This document shows, piece by piece, positions 29,002 to 38,095 of a stretch of DNA of 64,000 nt; within the stretch, counting starts at the first letter, position 1; each line of letters starts with the position of its first letter. A program made the translations under genes and the position numbers. This DNA comes from Gammaproteobacteria bacterium (lineage in GTDB: Bacteria > Pseudomonadota > Gammaproteobacteria > JABABF01). The stretch spans positions 768,001 to 832,000 of the forward strand of contig OZ250153.1 in assembly GCA_965237805.1 (NCBI GenBank), in the 5' to 3' direction. The notes beneath the pieces were generated by a model. That model ran no database searches and was not told the origin of the DNA. It saw only the letters and a program-made list of their open reading frames with translations.

Positions 29002-30060
29002 ATGGCTAGTGCAAAAACCCTCGGTGACATCACGGTGGCACGGGATGAGTACCAGCAGCTGATCGCCCGCTCCCGTCCCCTCTACCCACTGCCCATGCCC
29101 TATGGCTGGTTCGCCGTCGCTTTCAGCGACCAACTGGCCGCCAAGCAATCCAAGCCGCTGCGCTACTTCGACACCGACTTGGTGATGTTCCGCACTGAAT
29201 CCGGTCGCGCCGCGGTGCTCGACGCCTACTGTCCACATCTCGGTGCCCACCTCGGCTACGGCATCCACGAGGAAGTCGGCCACGGCGGGCGCATCGAGGG
29301 CGAGACCATCGTCTGCCCTTTCCACGCATGGCGCTTCGACACCGACGGCAACTGTGTCGAGGTGCCCTATGCCAGCAAGATCCCGCCCAAGGCACGGGAC
29401 AAAGCCTGCCTGCGCGCATGGCCGACACGCGATGTCAACGGCGCGATCTATGTCTGGTACCACCCGGCGAGCATCGAGCCGATGTGGGAAGTGACTGCAT
29501 ACGAGGAGACCAATCACGAGGAGTGGGGCGAGCAAGTACACTTTGAGTGGATCGTCAAGACGCATCTCCAAGAGATGGCGGAGAACGCCGCCGACCCGGC
29601 ACATTTCCGCTATGTACACCGCGCCGCCACCGTGCCCGAATGGGACATCAAATACGACGGGCACCACGCCAATGGCAAGCAGAAGGTCGTGTTCCAGATC
29701 CCGCGCGGAGTCGTCAACAGCTTCATCCGCACCTTCTCTGACGGACCCGGCCAAGGGAATACCCGTTTCAGCGGCATTTGCGAGACCTTCCTGATGGGCT
29801 TGACGACGCCGATTGACCAGGACACCTCACATATGCGCTTTGCCTTCATCCAGCACCAAGATAGCGTGGACAGCGATGTCGCCAAAGGCTTAATCCGCAA
29901 TATCGTCAGCCAGTTCGAGGAAGACAAGCCGGTCTGGGAAAACAAGCGCTACCGCTCCTTGCCTATACTGTGCGACGGAGACGGCCCGCTCGCCCGCTTC
30001 CGCAAGTGGTACGGCCAGTTCTATCACAACTTCGACCCAGTGCAGCAGATGGCACCCTGA
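29002..30060 (+). CDS. Rieske non-heme iron oxygenase, KshA/Neverland-like (copy 1)
   Basis: CPHLG...CPFH Rieske ligands, EN..D..HF..VH iron motif, D.P.WE.K.Y..P.LCDGDGP...RKWY.QFY C-terminus. Confidence 0.9.
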   Translation: MASAKTLGDITVARDEYQQLIARSRPLYPLPMPYGWFAVAFSDQLAAKQSKPLRYFDTDLVMFRTESGRAAVLDAYCPHLGAHLGYGIHEEVGHGGRIEGETIVCPFHAWRFDTDGNCVEVPYASKIPPKARDKACLRAWPTRDVNGAIYVWYHPASIEPMWEVTAYEETNHEEWGEQVHFEWIVKTHLQEMAENAADPAHFRYVHRAATVPEWDIKYDGHHANGKQKVVFQIPRGVVNSFIRTFSDGPGQGNTRFSGICETFLMGLTTPIDQDTSHMRFAFIQHQDSVDSDVAKGLIRNIVSQFEEDKPVWENKRYRSLPILCDGDGPLARFRKWYGQFYHNFDPVQQMAP

Positions 30061-30072
30061 GACAAGAAAAGC

Positions 30073-31134
30073 ATGGACACCGCCCACCATCCCAGCCACA
30101 CCATGGGCGATGCTGGCATTGCGCAGGCCGAGTACGAGCAACTGCTCGGCCACTCGCGCCCGCCCTACCAGCTGCCGATGCCGATGGGCTGGTTCGGCGT
30201 CAGCTACTCCGATGAGCTCAAAGTCGGAGAATCCAAGCCGCTGCGTTACTTCGACACCGACTTGGTGCTGTTCCGCACCGAATCTGGTCGCGCCGTGCTG
30301 CTCGATGCCTACTGCCCGCATCTGGGTGCCCACCTCGGCTACGGCATCCACAAGGAAGTCGGCACTGGCGGGCGCATCGAGGGCGAGACCATCGTCTGTC
30401 CCTTCCACGCCTGGCGCTTCAACGCCGAAGGCGAGTGCGTGGAGGTGCCCTATGCCAGCAAGGTACCGCCCAAGGCCGCCGACAAACCCTGCATCCGCGC
30501 ATGGAATGTGCGCGAAGTCAACGGCACAATTTCCGCTTGGTACCATCCTGAAGGCACCGACCCACTGTGGGATGTGATCGAATACGAGGAGACCACCAGC
30601 GACGAGTGGGGCACCCCGCAGCGCTACGAGTGGGTGGTCAACGCACCGTTGCAGGAGATCGGCGAGAACAGTGCCGACCCGGCCCACTTCCTCTATGTGC
30701 ACCGCGTCCACGAGATGCCCAAGTGGGAGATTAAATACGACGGCTACCGCGACAGTGGCGTGCAGCAGGTGAAGCTGCGCACCCCGCGCGGGCCGATCTC
30801 CGGTGCCATCAGCTCGGAGGGCAACGGCCCCGGTCAGGGCTGCACCCGCTTCACTGGCCTATGCCAGACCTTCCTGATGGGAATCACGGCACCCATCGAC
30901 CCCACCCATACCCATGTGCGCTTCGTCTTCATCCAAGCCAAAGCCGACGAAGGCAACGGGCTCGCCAAAGGCTTGATCCGCGACATCGTCAAGCAGTTTG
31001 AGGAAGACAAGCCGATCTGGGAGCACAAGCGCTATCGCTCCTTGCCTATACTGTGCGACGGAGACGGCCCGATCGCCCGCTACCGCAAGTGGTTCACCCG
31101 CTTCTACCCCGGTTTCGACGCATCGAAGCTATGA
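30073..31134 (+). CDS. Rieske oxygenase, KshA/Neverland-like (copy 2)
   Basis: Same motifs; intact ORF. Confidence 0.9.
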   Translation: MDTAHHPSHTMGDAGIAQAEYEQLLGHSRPPYQLPMPMGWFGVSYSDELKVGESKPLRYFDTDLVLFRTESGRAVLLDAYCPHLGAHLGYGIHKEVGTGGRIEGETIVCPFHAWRFNAEGECVEVPYASKVPPKAADKPCIRAWNVREVNGTISAWYHPEGTDPLWDVIEYEETTSDEWGTPQRYEWVVNAPLQEIGENSADPAHFLYVHRVHEMPKWEIKYDGYRDSGVQQVKLRTPRGPISGAISSEGNGPGQGCTRFTGLCQTFLMGITAPIDPTHTHVRFVFIQAKADEGNGLAKGLIRDIVKQFEEDKPIWEHKRYRSLPILCDGDGPIARYRKWFTRFYPGFDASKL

Positions 31135-31185
31135 GCTGAAGACATGCCCCCCCAGAGACAAACCGCAGCAGAGGACAGCCACGCC

Positions 31186-32244
31186 ATGGACACTCCCCAC
31201 CCGAACCACAGTCTGGGCGATGCCAGCGTCGCACACAGCGAATACGAGCAGCTGCTCGGTCACTCGCGACCGAGCTACAAGATGCCGATACCGACCGGCT
31301 GGTTCTGCGTCAGCTACTCCGATGAACTGAAGGTCAGAGAATCCAAGCCGCTGCGCTACTTCGACACCGACTTGGTGCTGTTCCGCACCGAGTCCGGTCG
31401 CGCCGTGCTGCTCGATGCCTACTGCCCGCATCTGGGCGCCCACCTCGGCTACGGCATCCACGAGGAAGTCGGCACCGGCGGGCGCATCGAGGGTGAGACC
31501 ATCGTCTGCCCCTTCCACGCCTGGCGCTTCAACGCCGAAGGCGAGTGCGTGGAGGTGCCCTATGCCAGCAAGGTACCGCCCAAGGCCGCCGACAAACCCT
31601 GCATCCGCGCATGGAATGTGCGCGAGACCAACGGCGCGATCTCCGCTTGGTACCACCCCGAAGGAGTCGACCCACTGTGGGATGTGATCGAATACGAAGA
31701 GGCCAACAGTGACGAGTGGGGCACCCCGCAGCGCTTCGAGTGGACGGTGAACACGCATATGCAGGAGATGGCTGAAAACGCCGCCGACCCGGCCCACTTC
31801 CTCTATGTGCACCGCGTCCACGAGATGCCCAACTGGGATATCCAATACGAAGGGCACCGTTCCCACAACATCCAAAATGTCAATTTCCGCACCCCGCGCG
31901 GGCCGGTGTCGGGGGCCATCACCGCCCGCACCAACGGCCCCGGCCAGAGCACAACACGCTTCAGCGGCCTGTGCGAGACCTTCTTGATGGGGCTGACCTC
32001 GCCGATCAACAGCAGCGCGGCACATATGCGCTTCACCTTCATCCAAAAGAAATCAGACGAGGACAACGGAATCGCCAAAGGGCTAATCCGCGACATCGTC
32101 AAGCAGTTTGAAGAAGACAAGCCGATCTGGGAGCACAAGCGCTACCGCCCGCTACCGATACTGTGCGACGGTGACGGCCCCATCGCCCGCTTCCGCAAGT
32201 GGTACAGCCAGTTCTACCCCGGCTTCGATGTGGCGACGCTGTAA
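31186..32244 (+). CDS. Rieske oxygenase, KshA/Neverland-like (copy 3)
   Basis: Same motifs; start chosen by alignment to copy 2 (MDT..HP.H..GDA). Confidence 0.9.
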   Translation: MDTPHPNHSLGDASVAHSEYEQLLGHSRPSYKMPIPTGWFCVSYSDELKVRESKPLRYFDTDLVLFRTESGRAVLLDAYCPHLGAHLGYGIHEEVGTGGRIEGETIVCPFHAWRFNAEGECVEVPYASKVPPKAADKPCIRAWNVRETNGAISAWYHPEGVDPLWDVIEYEEANSDEWGTPQRFEWTVNTHMQEMAENAADPAHFLYVHRVHEMPNWDIQYEGHRSHNIQNVNFRTPRGPVSGAITARTNGPGQSTTRFSGLCETFLMGLTSPINSSAAHMRFTFIQKKSDEDNGIAKGLIRDIVKQFEEDKPIWEHKRYRPLPILCDGDGPIARFRKWYSQFYPGFDVATL

Positions 32245-32263
32245 GCGGCAGCCAGCACTTCCG

Positions 32264-33313
32264 ATGCACCCCAGCCACAGCTTAGGCGATGCCAGCATCG
32301 CGCGGGCAGAGTACGAGAACCTGATAGGCCGCTCGCGGCCACGCTATCAAATGCCCATGCCGATGGGTTGGTATTGCGTCGATTATTCCAACGCGCTGAA
32401 GATCGGCGAATCCAAGCCCTTGCGCTATTTCGACACCGACTTGGTGCTGTTCCGCACCGAGTCTGGCCGCGCCGTGTTGCTCGATGCCTACTGCCCGCAT
32501 CTGGGTGCCCACCTCGGCTACGGCATCCACGAGGAAGTCGGCACCGGCGGGCGCATCGAGGGTGAGACCATCGTCTGCCCCTTCCACGCCTGGCGCTTCA
32601 ACGCCGAGGGCGAGTGCGTGGAGGTGCCCTATGCCAGCAAGGTGCCGCCCAAGGCCGCCGACAAACCCTGCATCCGCGCATGGAATGTGCGCGAAGTCAA
32701 CGGCACAATTTCCGCTTGGTACCACCCCGAAGGGGCCGACCCACTGTGGGATGTGATCGAGCACGAAGAGGCCAACAGCGAGGAATGGGGCGCTCAGCAG
32801 CGCTTCGAGTGGACGGTGCGCACCCACATGCAGGAGATGGGAGAGAACGGTGCCGACCCAGCGCATTTCCTCTATGTGCACCGCGTCCACGACATGCCCC
32901 AGTGGGAGATCAAATACAACGGCCACCAGTCAAGCGGTGTGCAGAATGTCAATTTCCGCACACCGCGCGGGCCGGTTGCCGGCTCCATCGCCTCCAAGAT
33001 CAACGGCCCCGGCCAGAGCACAACACGCTTCAGCGGCCTGTGCGAGACCTTCCAGATGGGCTTGACGACACCGATCGACAACAACACGGCGCATGTGCGC
33101 TTTATCTTCATCCAGGCAAAAGCCGACGAGGGCAACAACATCGCCAAGGCGCTGATCCGAGACATCGTCAAGCAGTTTGAGGAAGACAAGCCAATCTGGG
33201 AGCACAAGCGCTACCGCCCGCTACCGATACTGTGCGATGGCGACGGCCCCATCGCCCGCTTCCGCAAGTGGTACAGCCAGTTCTACCCGGGCTTTGATGT
33301 GGCGACTCTGTGA
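32264..33313 (+). CDS. Rieske oxygenase, KshA/Neverland-like (copy 4)
   Basis: Same motifs; start at MHPSHSLGDA. Confidence 0.9.
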   Translation: MHPSHSLGDASIARAEYENLIGRSRPRYQMPMPMGWYCVDYSNALKIGESKPLRYFDTDLVLFRTESGRAVLLDAYCPHLGAHLGYGIHEEVGTGGRIEGETIVCPFHAWRFNAEGECVEVPYASKVPPKAADKPCIRAWNVREVNGTISAWYHPEGADPLWDVIEHEEANSEEWGAQQRFEWTVRTHMQEMGENGADPAHFLYVHRVHDMPQWEIKYNGHQSSGVQNVNFRTPRGPVAGSIASKINGPGQSTTRFSGLCETFQMGLTTPIDNNTAHVRFIFIQAKADEGNNIAKALIRDIVKQFEEDKPIWEHKRYRPLPILCDGDGPIARFRKWYSQFYPGFDVATL

Positions 33314-33559
33314 GAAATAAAATCGAAAATTAGAAGATGAACGTCGCCGCTCGAACATCCCGACCTGCGCCTCGCCCGGCGCGCACACACCATCGCAAAC
33401 TTGGCTCGTGTCATCAGTGAGCGAAAGGTCAAGGTTGGTATCCGAAGAACCTTATGTGCACAGTCAACACGGTTGGAACAGCTGGCGAAAACTCGATTGG
33501 ATTCATTCAGCGACATCATCGATTGAAGACTCGCTCTTATAGGCAACAGGAGCTCCAAC

Positions 33560-34618
33560 ATGCCCCTATTGACCCGTAGCACTGGCAGCGATGCCTCGGC
33601 GCATAGCGAATACCGCCAACTGATCGCCGTCGAGCGCCCCGCCACGCCGATGCCGATACCCTTTGGCTGGTACTGTGTGCTGTACTCGGATGAGCTGCAA
33701 GCGCAGACTTCGATGCCACTCAAATACTTCGACACCGATCTGGTGCTGTTCCGCACTGAGTCGGGCCGTGCCGTGCTGTTCGATGCCTACTGCCCACACC
33801 TCGGTGCCCACTTAGGCTACGGCATCCACGAGGACATCGGCCATGGTGGGCGCATCGAAGGCGAAACCATCTCCTGTCCCTTCCACGGCTGGCGCTTCAA
33901 TGTGGACGGCGAGGTGGTCGAGATCCCCTACGCCGAGAAGATCCCGCCCCGAGCGCGCGGCAAGCGCTGCATCCGCTCGTGGCCAGTGCAAGAGTCAAAC
34001 GGTGCCATCTACACTTGGTACCATCCGGAGCAGATCGAACCGCTGTGGGAGCTGCCCGACCATCCAGAGGCCTCCAGCGAACAATGGAGCGCGCAAGAGC
34101 GCTACGAGGGCTTGGTGCGTACCCACATCCAAGAGATGGCTGAAAATTCAGCCGATATGGCGCACTTCGTCTTTGTACACCGCACCGCCGACATGCCGAA
34201 TTGGGATATCCACTACAACCAGCACACCTCCAAGGGCGATCAGAAAATGCGCTTCCCCACTCCCAAGGGTGTGGTCGACGGCAGCGTCCTCACCTATGCC
34301 AACGGCCCGGGACATACCACCACCCGCTTCACCGGTCTGTGTGAGACTTTCCTGCTCGGCCTGCCGACACCGGTCGATGCCAACATGGTGCATATGCGCT
34401 TCGCCTTCACCCAACAACGCGGCGATGAGGATAACCAGCTGGCCAAGGCGCTGATCAAAAACTTGGTCAGCCAATTCGACGAGGACAAGCAGATCTGGGA
34501 TCGCAAACTCTACCGACCCGCGCCGATGCTGTGCGACGGCGATGGCCCGATCATGCGCTTTCGCAAGTGGTACAACCAGTTCTACCACGACTTCGAGTCG
34601 GCAGAGTCCACAGCTTAG
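33560..34618 (+). CDS. Rieske oxygenase, KshA/Neverland-like (copy 5, most diverged)
   Basis: Same motifs; AGGAG RBS. Confidence 0.9.
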   Translation: MPLLTRSTGSDASAHSEYRQLIAVERPATPMPIPFGWYCVLYSDELQAQTSMPLKYFDTDLVLFRTESGRAVLFDAYCPHLGAHLGYGIHEDIGHGGRIEGETISCPFHGWRFNVDGEVVEIPYAEKIPPRARGKRCIRSWPVQESNGAIYTWYHPEQIEPLWELPDHPEASSEQWSAQERYEGLVRTHIQEMAENSADMAHFVFVHRTADMPNWDIHYNQHTSKGDQKMRFPTPKGVVDGSVLTYANGPGHTTTRFTGLCETFLLGLPTPVDANMVHMRFAFTQQRGDEDNQLAKALIKNLVSQFDEDKQIWDRKLYRPAPMLCDGDGPIMRFRKWYNQFYHDFESAESTA

Positions 34619-34699
34619 CGGAGACAGCGGGGCTCGCTCCCGCACACGGATTCCCCGCTTGATTGATTGTGGCGGCGGCAAGCAGCCGCGCAACTCAGC

Positions 34700-35182
34700 T
34701 CAGAGTTGTTTGAGCACTTCCTCAGCGGCACTGGCGGTGATGCCGACGCCGTCTGGCTCCAAGCCAGCATGGGTCACCACACCATCTTCGATCACCAAGG
34801 CGTAGCGCTTGGAACGCACGCCGAGGCCGAAAGCAGTGGCATCTAACTCCATGCCCAAGGCGCGGGTGAACTCGGCGACACCATCGGCCGCCATCACCAG
34901 TGCAGCGGCATTCTTGTCCTTGCCCCAAGCGTCCATGACATAGGCGTCGTTCACCGACAGGCAGACGATGCGGTCGACACCGCGTTCCTTGATCTTGTCC
35001 GCCAGCGCAACATAGCCCGGCAAGTGCGCCATCGAACAACCCGGCGTGAACGCCCCCGGTACCGCGAACAGCACCACCTTGCCAGTGCCGAGCAACTCTG
35101 CCGTCGGCGCATCCTGCGGCCCTTTCTCGCCCATCACTTTCAAAGTTGCCTCTGGCACCTTGTCTCCAACCTGCACACTCAC
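34700..35182 (-). CDS. Peroxiredoxin (Prx5/type II)
   Basis: VPGAFTPGCS..HLPG, SVNDAYVM.AW, RSKRYAL motifs. Confidence 0.92.
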   Translation of the reverse strand: MSVQVGDKVPEATLKVMGEKGPQDAPTAELLGTGKVVLFAVPGAFTPGCSMAHLPGYVALADKIKERGVDRIVCLSVNDAYVMDAWGKDKNAAALVMAADGVAEFTRALGMELDATAFGLGVRSKRYALVIEDGVVTHAGLEPDGVGITASAAEEVLKQL

Positions 35183-35315
35183 GCTATTTTCCCTACGATG
35201 TTGTCGCCACGATATGAGCGGTCATTGTAACCACATCGGTATCGGTGATACGGCGTGCCGGGCTGTCAGTACACAACACCATATAATCGCCAGACGGTTC
35301 GCTACAGCCGATGTC

Positions 35316-36491
35316 ATGGCCATCATCCTGTGTCTGAGTACCCAAGAGATCCGCCAACCGCGCTTGGGCGGCCAACGCAGCGTCGACGGTAGCTTGCGGG
35401 CACTGGTTGCCGCCGGTCACGAAGTCGTTTACCTATGCCCGCAACACGAAGCGGTGGATGTGGAGCTGGCTCCGCGACTGCGCATCATCGGCGTGCCGAC
35501 GCGCCCACGAGAGGGGCTGCGTAGCCTGCTCTACAGCCTGTGGCATCGCCTGCCCTACAAATTCGCCAAATACCACAGCGCCGCGCTTCGACAAGCGGCG
35601 GTGGCTGCCGGGCACAGCACCGGTGCCGAGTGGCTGCTGATACACGGCAGCCACTTGGGACGGCTGGGGCTCGAAGTCGCACAAGAGCTGGAAATTCCGG
35701 CCGTGTTGCGCCCGCACAACCTCGAATACCGCTTGGTCGAGCAGTACGCTGCCGAGCTGCCACAACCGCTACGGGCGGCGGCGCGCTGGCAGGCATGGCT
35801 GACACGGCGCTGCGAGCAGGCGCTGTGGCAAAAATATGATCACTGCTGCTTTATCTCCGATTCGGATCGGCAACAGGCAGTAGGCATCGCCCGCGACGCG
35901 CGTTGCGTCTACGATGGCATCGCACCGCCACCACCACCGCCCGACAGCCCGCCACCACCCATGTCGTTCATCATGAGCGGCCTGCTGTACACGGCAGCGA
36001 ACAAACACTCGATCCGCTGGTTCCTGCAACAGCTGTGGTTGCCGCTGTGGCGAGATGGACGCCTCAAGGGAGCCACGCTGAGCATCACCGGAGAGTCGGC
36101 GGAGCTGTATCAGCTAGCGGATGTGGGGTCGCAACTCCATGCTGGCCACGGCATCCGCCTGACCGGCGTGGTGCCCGATTTCCAACACGAGGTGGCGCGC
36201 CACGCCTGGTTCGTGTCGCCCACCCGAATCGGCTCTGGCTACCGATTCAAGGTCATTGAGGCCGGTGCTGCGGGCGCTGCGCTACTGCTCTGCCCACTGG
36301 ATGTGCAGATGCTTGATTTCCTGCGCGATGGCTATAATTGCCGCCAATTCGATGATGCTGGAAGTTTTATGCAAGTGCTCGCGCTCGCGGCAGCTGAGCG
36401 GGACAGCTTGCGTCGCCAGTTCGCCACCGATCTGCAGGCCACGATGGACTGGTCGCGCCATGCCGAGCAACTGCTGGACTGCGTCGCATGA
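35316..36491 (+). CDS. GT-B fold glycosyltransferase (GT4-like)
   Basis: GHEV, HNLE, S..D, N..SI.WF, G.VPD, VSP.RIGSG.RFKVIEA pattern. Start moved to ATG 35316. Confidence 0.8.
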   Translation: MAIILCLSTQEIRQPRLGGQRSVDGSLRALVAAGHEVVYLCPQHEAVDVELAPRLRIIGVPTRPREGLRSLLYSLWHRLPYKFAKYHSAALRQAAVAAGHSTGAEWLLIHGSHLGRLGLEVAQELEIPAVLRPHNLEYRLVEQYAAELPQPLRAAARWQAWLTRRCEQALWQKYDHCCFISDSDRQQAVGIARDARCVYDGIAPPPPPPDSPPPPMSFIMSGLLYTAANKHSIRWFLQQLWLPLWRDGRLKGATLSITGESAELYQLADVGSQLHAGHGIRLTGVVPDFQHEVARHAWFVSPTRIGSGYRFKVIEAGAAGAALLLCPLDVQMLDFLRDGYNCRQFDDAGSFMQVLALAAAERDSLRRQFATDLQATMDWSRHAEQLLDCVA

Positions 36492-37282
36492 ATAAAAAGC
36501 CAGCGGTCTCCATCCTGATGCCGAACCGGAACATGTCGGCATGGATTGATCAGGCGATCGACTCGATCCGCCAACAAAGCTTCGAGGATTGGCAGCTGAT
36601 TGTCATAGACGATGGCTCCAACGACGATTCTCCACAACGGGCAGCGCGCCACTGTGCCGAGGACTCCCGCATCGAACTGCTACGATTACCGCGCAGCCTC
36701 GGCCCACGCGAAGCCCGCAACCGGGGGACCAGCCTCGTCCGGGGCCAATATGTCGCCTTTCTGGACAGCGATGACTATTGGCTACCCAACAAGCTGGAGC
36801 TCCAAGTGGCCGCGATGCGAAGCAGCCGTGCCACCCTGTGCTACGCCGCCTACCGCCGCATCGATGAAAATCAGCAGCTGATCAACGAGATGGACGTACC
36901 CGCAACCATCACATACCAGCAACTGCTCTATCTCAATGTCATCCACACTTCCACCGCCATCTACGATCGGGAGCAGGCTGGCAATACCTACAACTTCCAC
37001 CCGATGGGCACCTGCGACTACATTCTGTGGCTACACCTATTGCGCCAGTACGGCCCGGCCATCGGTGTGCAACAACCGCTGGCGGTCTACCGTATGCGCA
37101 ACACCTCAGTATCAAGCAACAAGTTCCGCGCCGCCATGCAACGCTGGCAGGTCTATCGGCGTAGCGAGCGCATGGGCTGGATGCACAGTAGCCTCTGCTC
37201 AACCGTCTATATCGCACGAGCCTTGATGCGCGACCTGCCGCACCGAGGCCTCATGCTCGGCATCGGCACCAAAGCACCCTGA
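36488..37282 (+). CDS. GT2 family glycosyltransferase
   Basis: VSILMP.RN, IVIDDGS.D, ARN.G, YVAFLDSDD.W.P.KLE.Q motifs. Confidence 0.9.
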   Translation: MNKKPAVSILMPNRNMSAWIDQAIDSIRQQSFEDWQLIVIDDGSNDDSPQRAARHCAEDSRIELLRLPRSLGPREARNRGTSLVRGQYVAFLDSDDYWLPNKLELQVAAMRSSRATLCYAAYRRIDENQQLINEMDVPATITYQQLLYLNVIHTSTAIYDREQAGNTYNFHPMGTCDYILWLHLLRQYGPAIGVQQPLAVYRMRNTSVSSNKFRAAMQRWQVYRRSERMGWMHSSLCSTVYIARALMRDLPHRGLMLGIGTKAP

Positions 37283-37288
37283 TCCCAC

Positions 37289-38095
37289 ATGGGCAATCAA
37301 GCCACCTCAGAGGCCTTTGAGCTGACACTGCCCGAGACCCCCGCAGCACAGCTCCAGCAAGTGGAAGTGGGCTGGGTGCTGCCCACATTCAACCGCCCCG
37401 ACTATCTGCGCCGTTGCCTTGTATCCCTTCGGCAGGGGCGTTACGAGCGGGTGGCGCTAGTCATCGTCGACGATGCCAGCGACGATCCCGACACACAGCG
37501 CTTGGTCGCCGAGTTCAAGCTGCCCGGTGTGCCGGTGTTCCGCGCCAGCCGACGGCGCAAGGAGGGCTTCTTGGTGCACGAGAATCTGCGCTTCAGCTGG
37601 GATCTGCTATGCCGCCATACCGCCTGCTCACAACTGTGCGTGCTGGACAGCGACACCGTCGTGCGACCGCACTGGCTCGAGCAGCTACGCGCCAGCTATC
37701 CGGTGCTGTGCAAGCGCTACGGCAGCTTGCTACTCAGCGGTTTCAACGCACTCGAGCACCCCGCAGTGCGCAATGAACGCGACCACTGCCTCAAGCACCG
37801 TGTCGGCGGCTGCAACCTGTACTTCAGCCGCGCCATCTACGAGGATTGGCTGCGTTCGAGCTTGGCCGAGCACTGGGACTGGCGGGTGGTGGATCAGGCG
37901 CAGGAACGCAAAATTACCATCGCCTGCCTACGCCCCTCGGTGGTACAACATATCGGTCAGCACGGCATCTGGTCGAGCGGCTTGACCAGTTTTGACTTCG
38001 CCCCCGATTATTTTCTCGGTGCCAATCCGGCGGCGACGCTGCTCGGCTACGCGATGCGCGCGCTGCGAAAGATTCCCGGCATCAGTCGCCGCTAG
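37289..38095 (+). CDS. GT2 family glycosyltransferase
   Basis: LPTFNRPDYL, IVDDASDD, LDSD, PSVVQHIG motifs. Confidence 0.82.
   Translation: MGNQATSEAFELTLPETPAAQLQQVEVGWVLPTFNRPDYLRRCLVSLRQGRYERVALVIVDDASDDPDTQRLVAEFKLPGVPVFRASRRRKEGFLVHENLRFSWDLLCRHTACSQLCVLDSDTVVRPHWLEQLRASYPVLCKRYGSLLLSGFNALEHPAVRNERDHCLKHRVGGCNLYFSRAIYEDWLRSSLAEHWDWRVVDQAQERKITIACLRPSVVQHIGQHGIWSSGLTSFDFAPDYFLGANPAATLLGYAMRALRKIPGISRR

Noticed and set aside
33314-33559. Lower-GC spacer between Rieske copies 4 and 5 as an sRNA or gene fragment
   Set aside because: No recognisable RNA motif or credible ORF; probably a promoter region.
29002-34618. Rieske array as a diversity-generating retroelement
   Set aside because: Differences are not adenine-specific, all copies are full genes, and no reverse transcriptase is present in the window.
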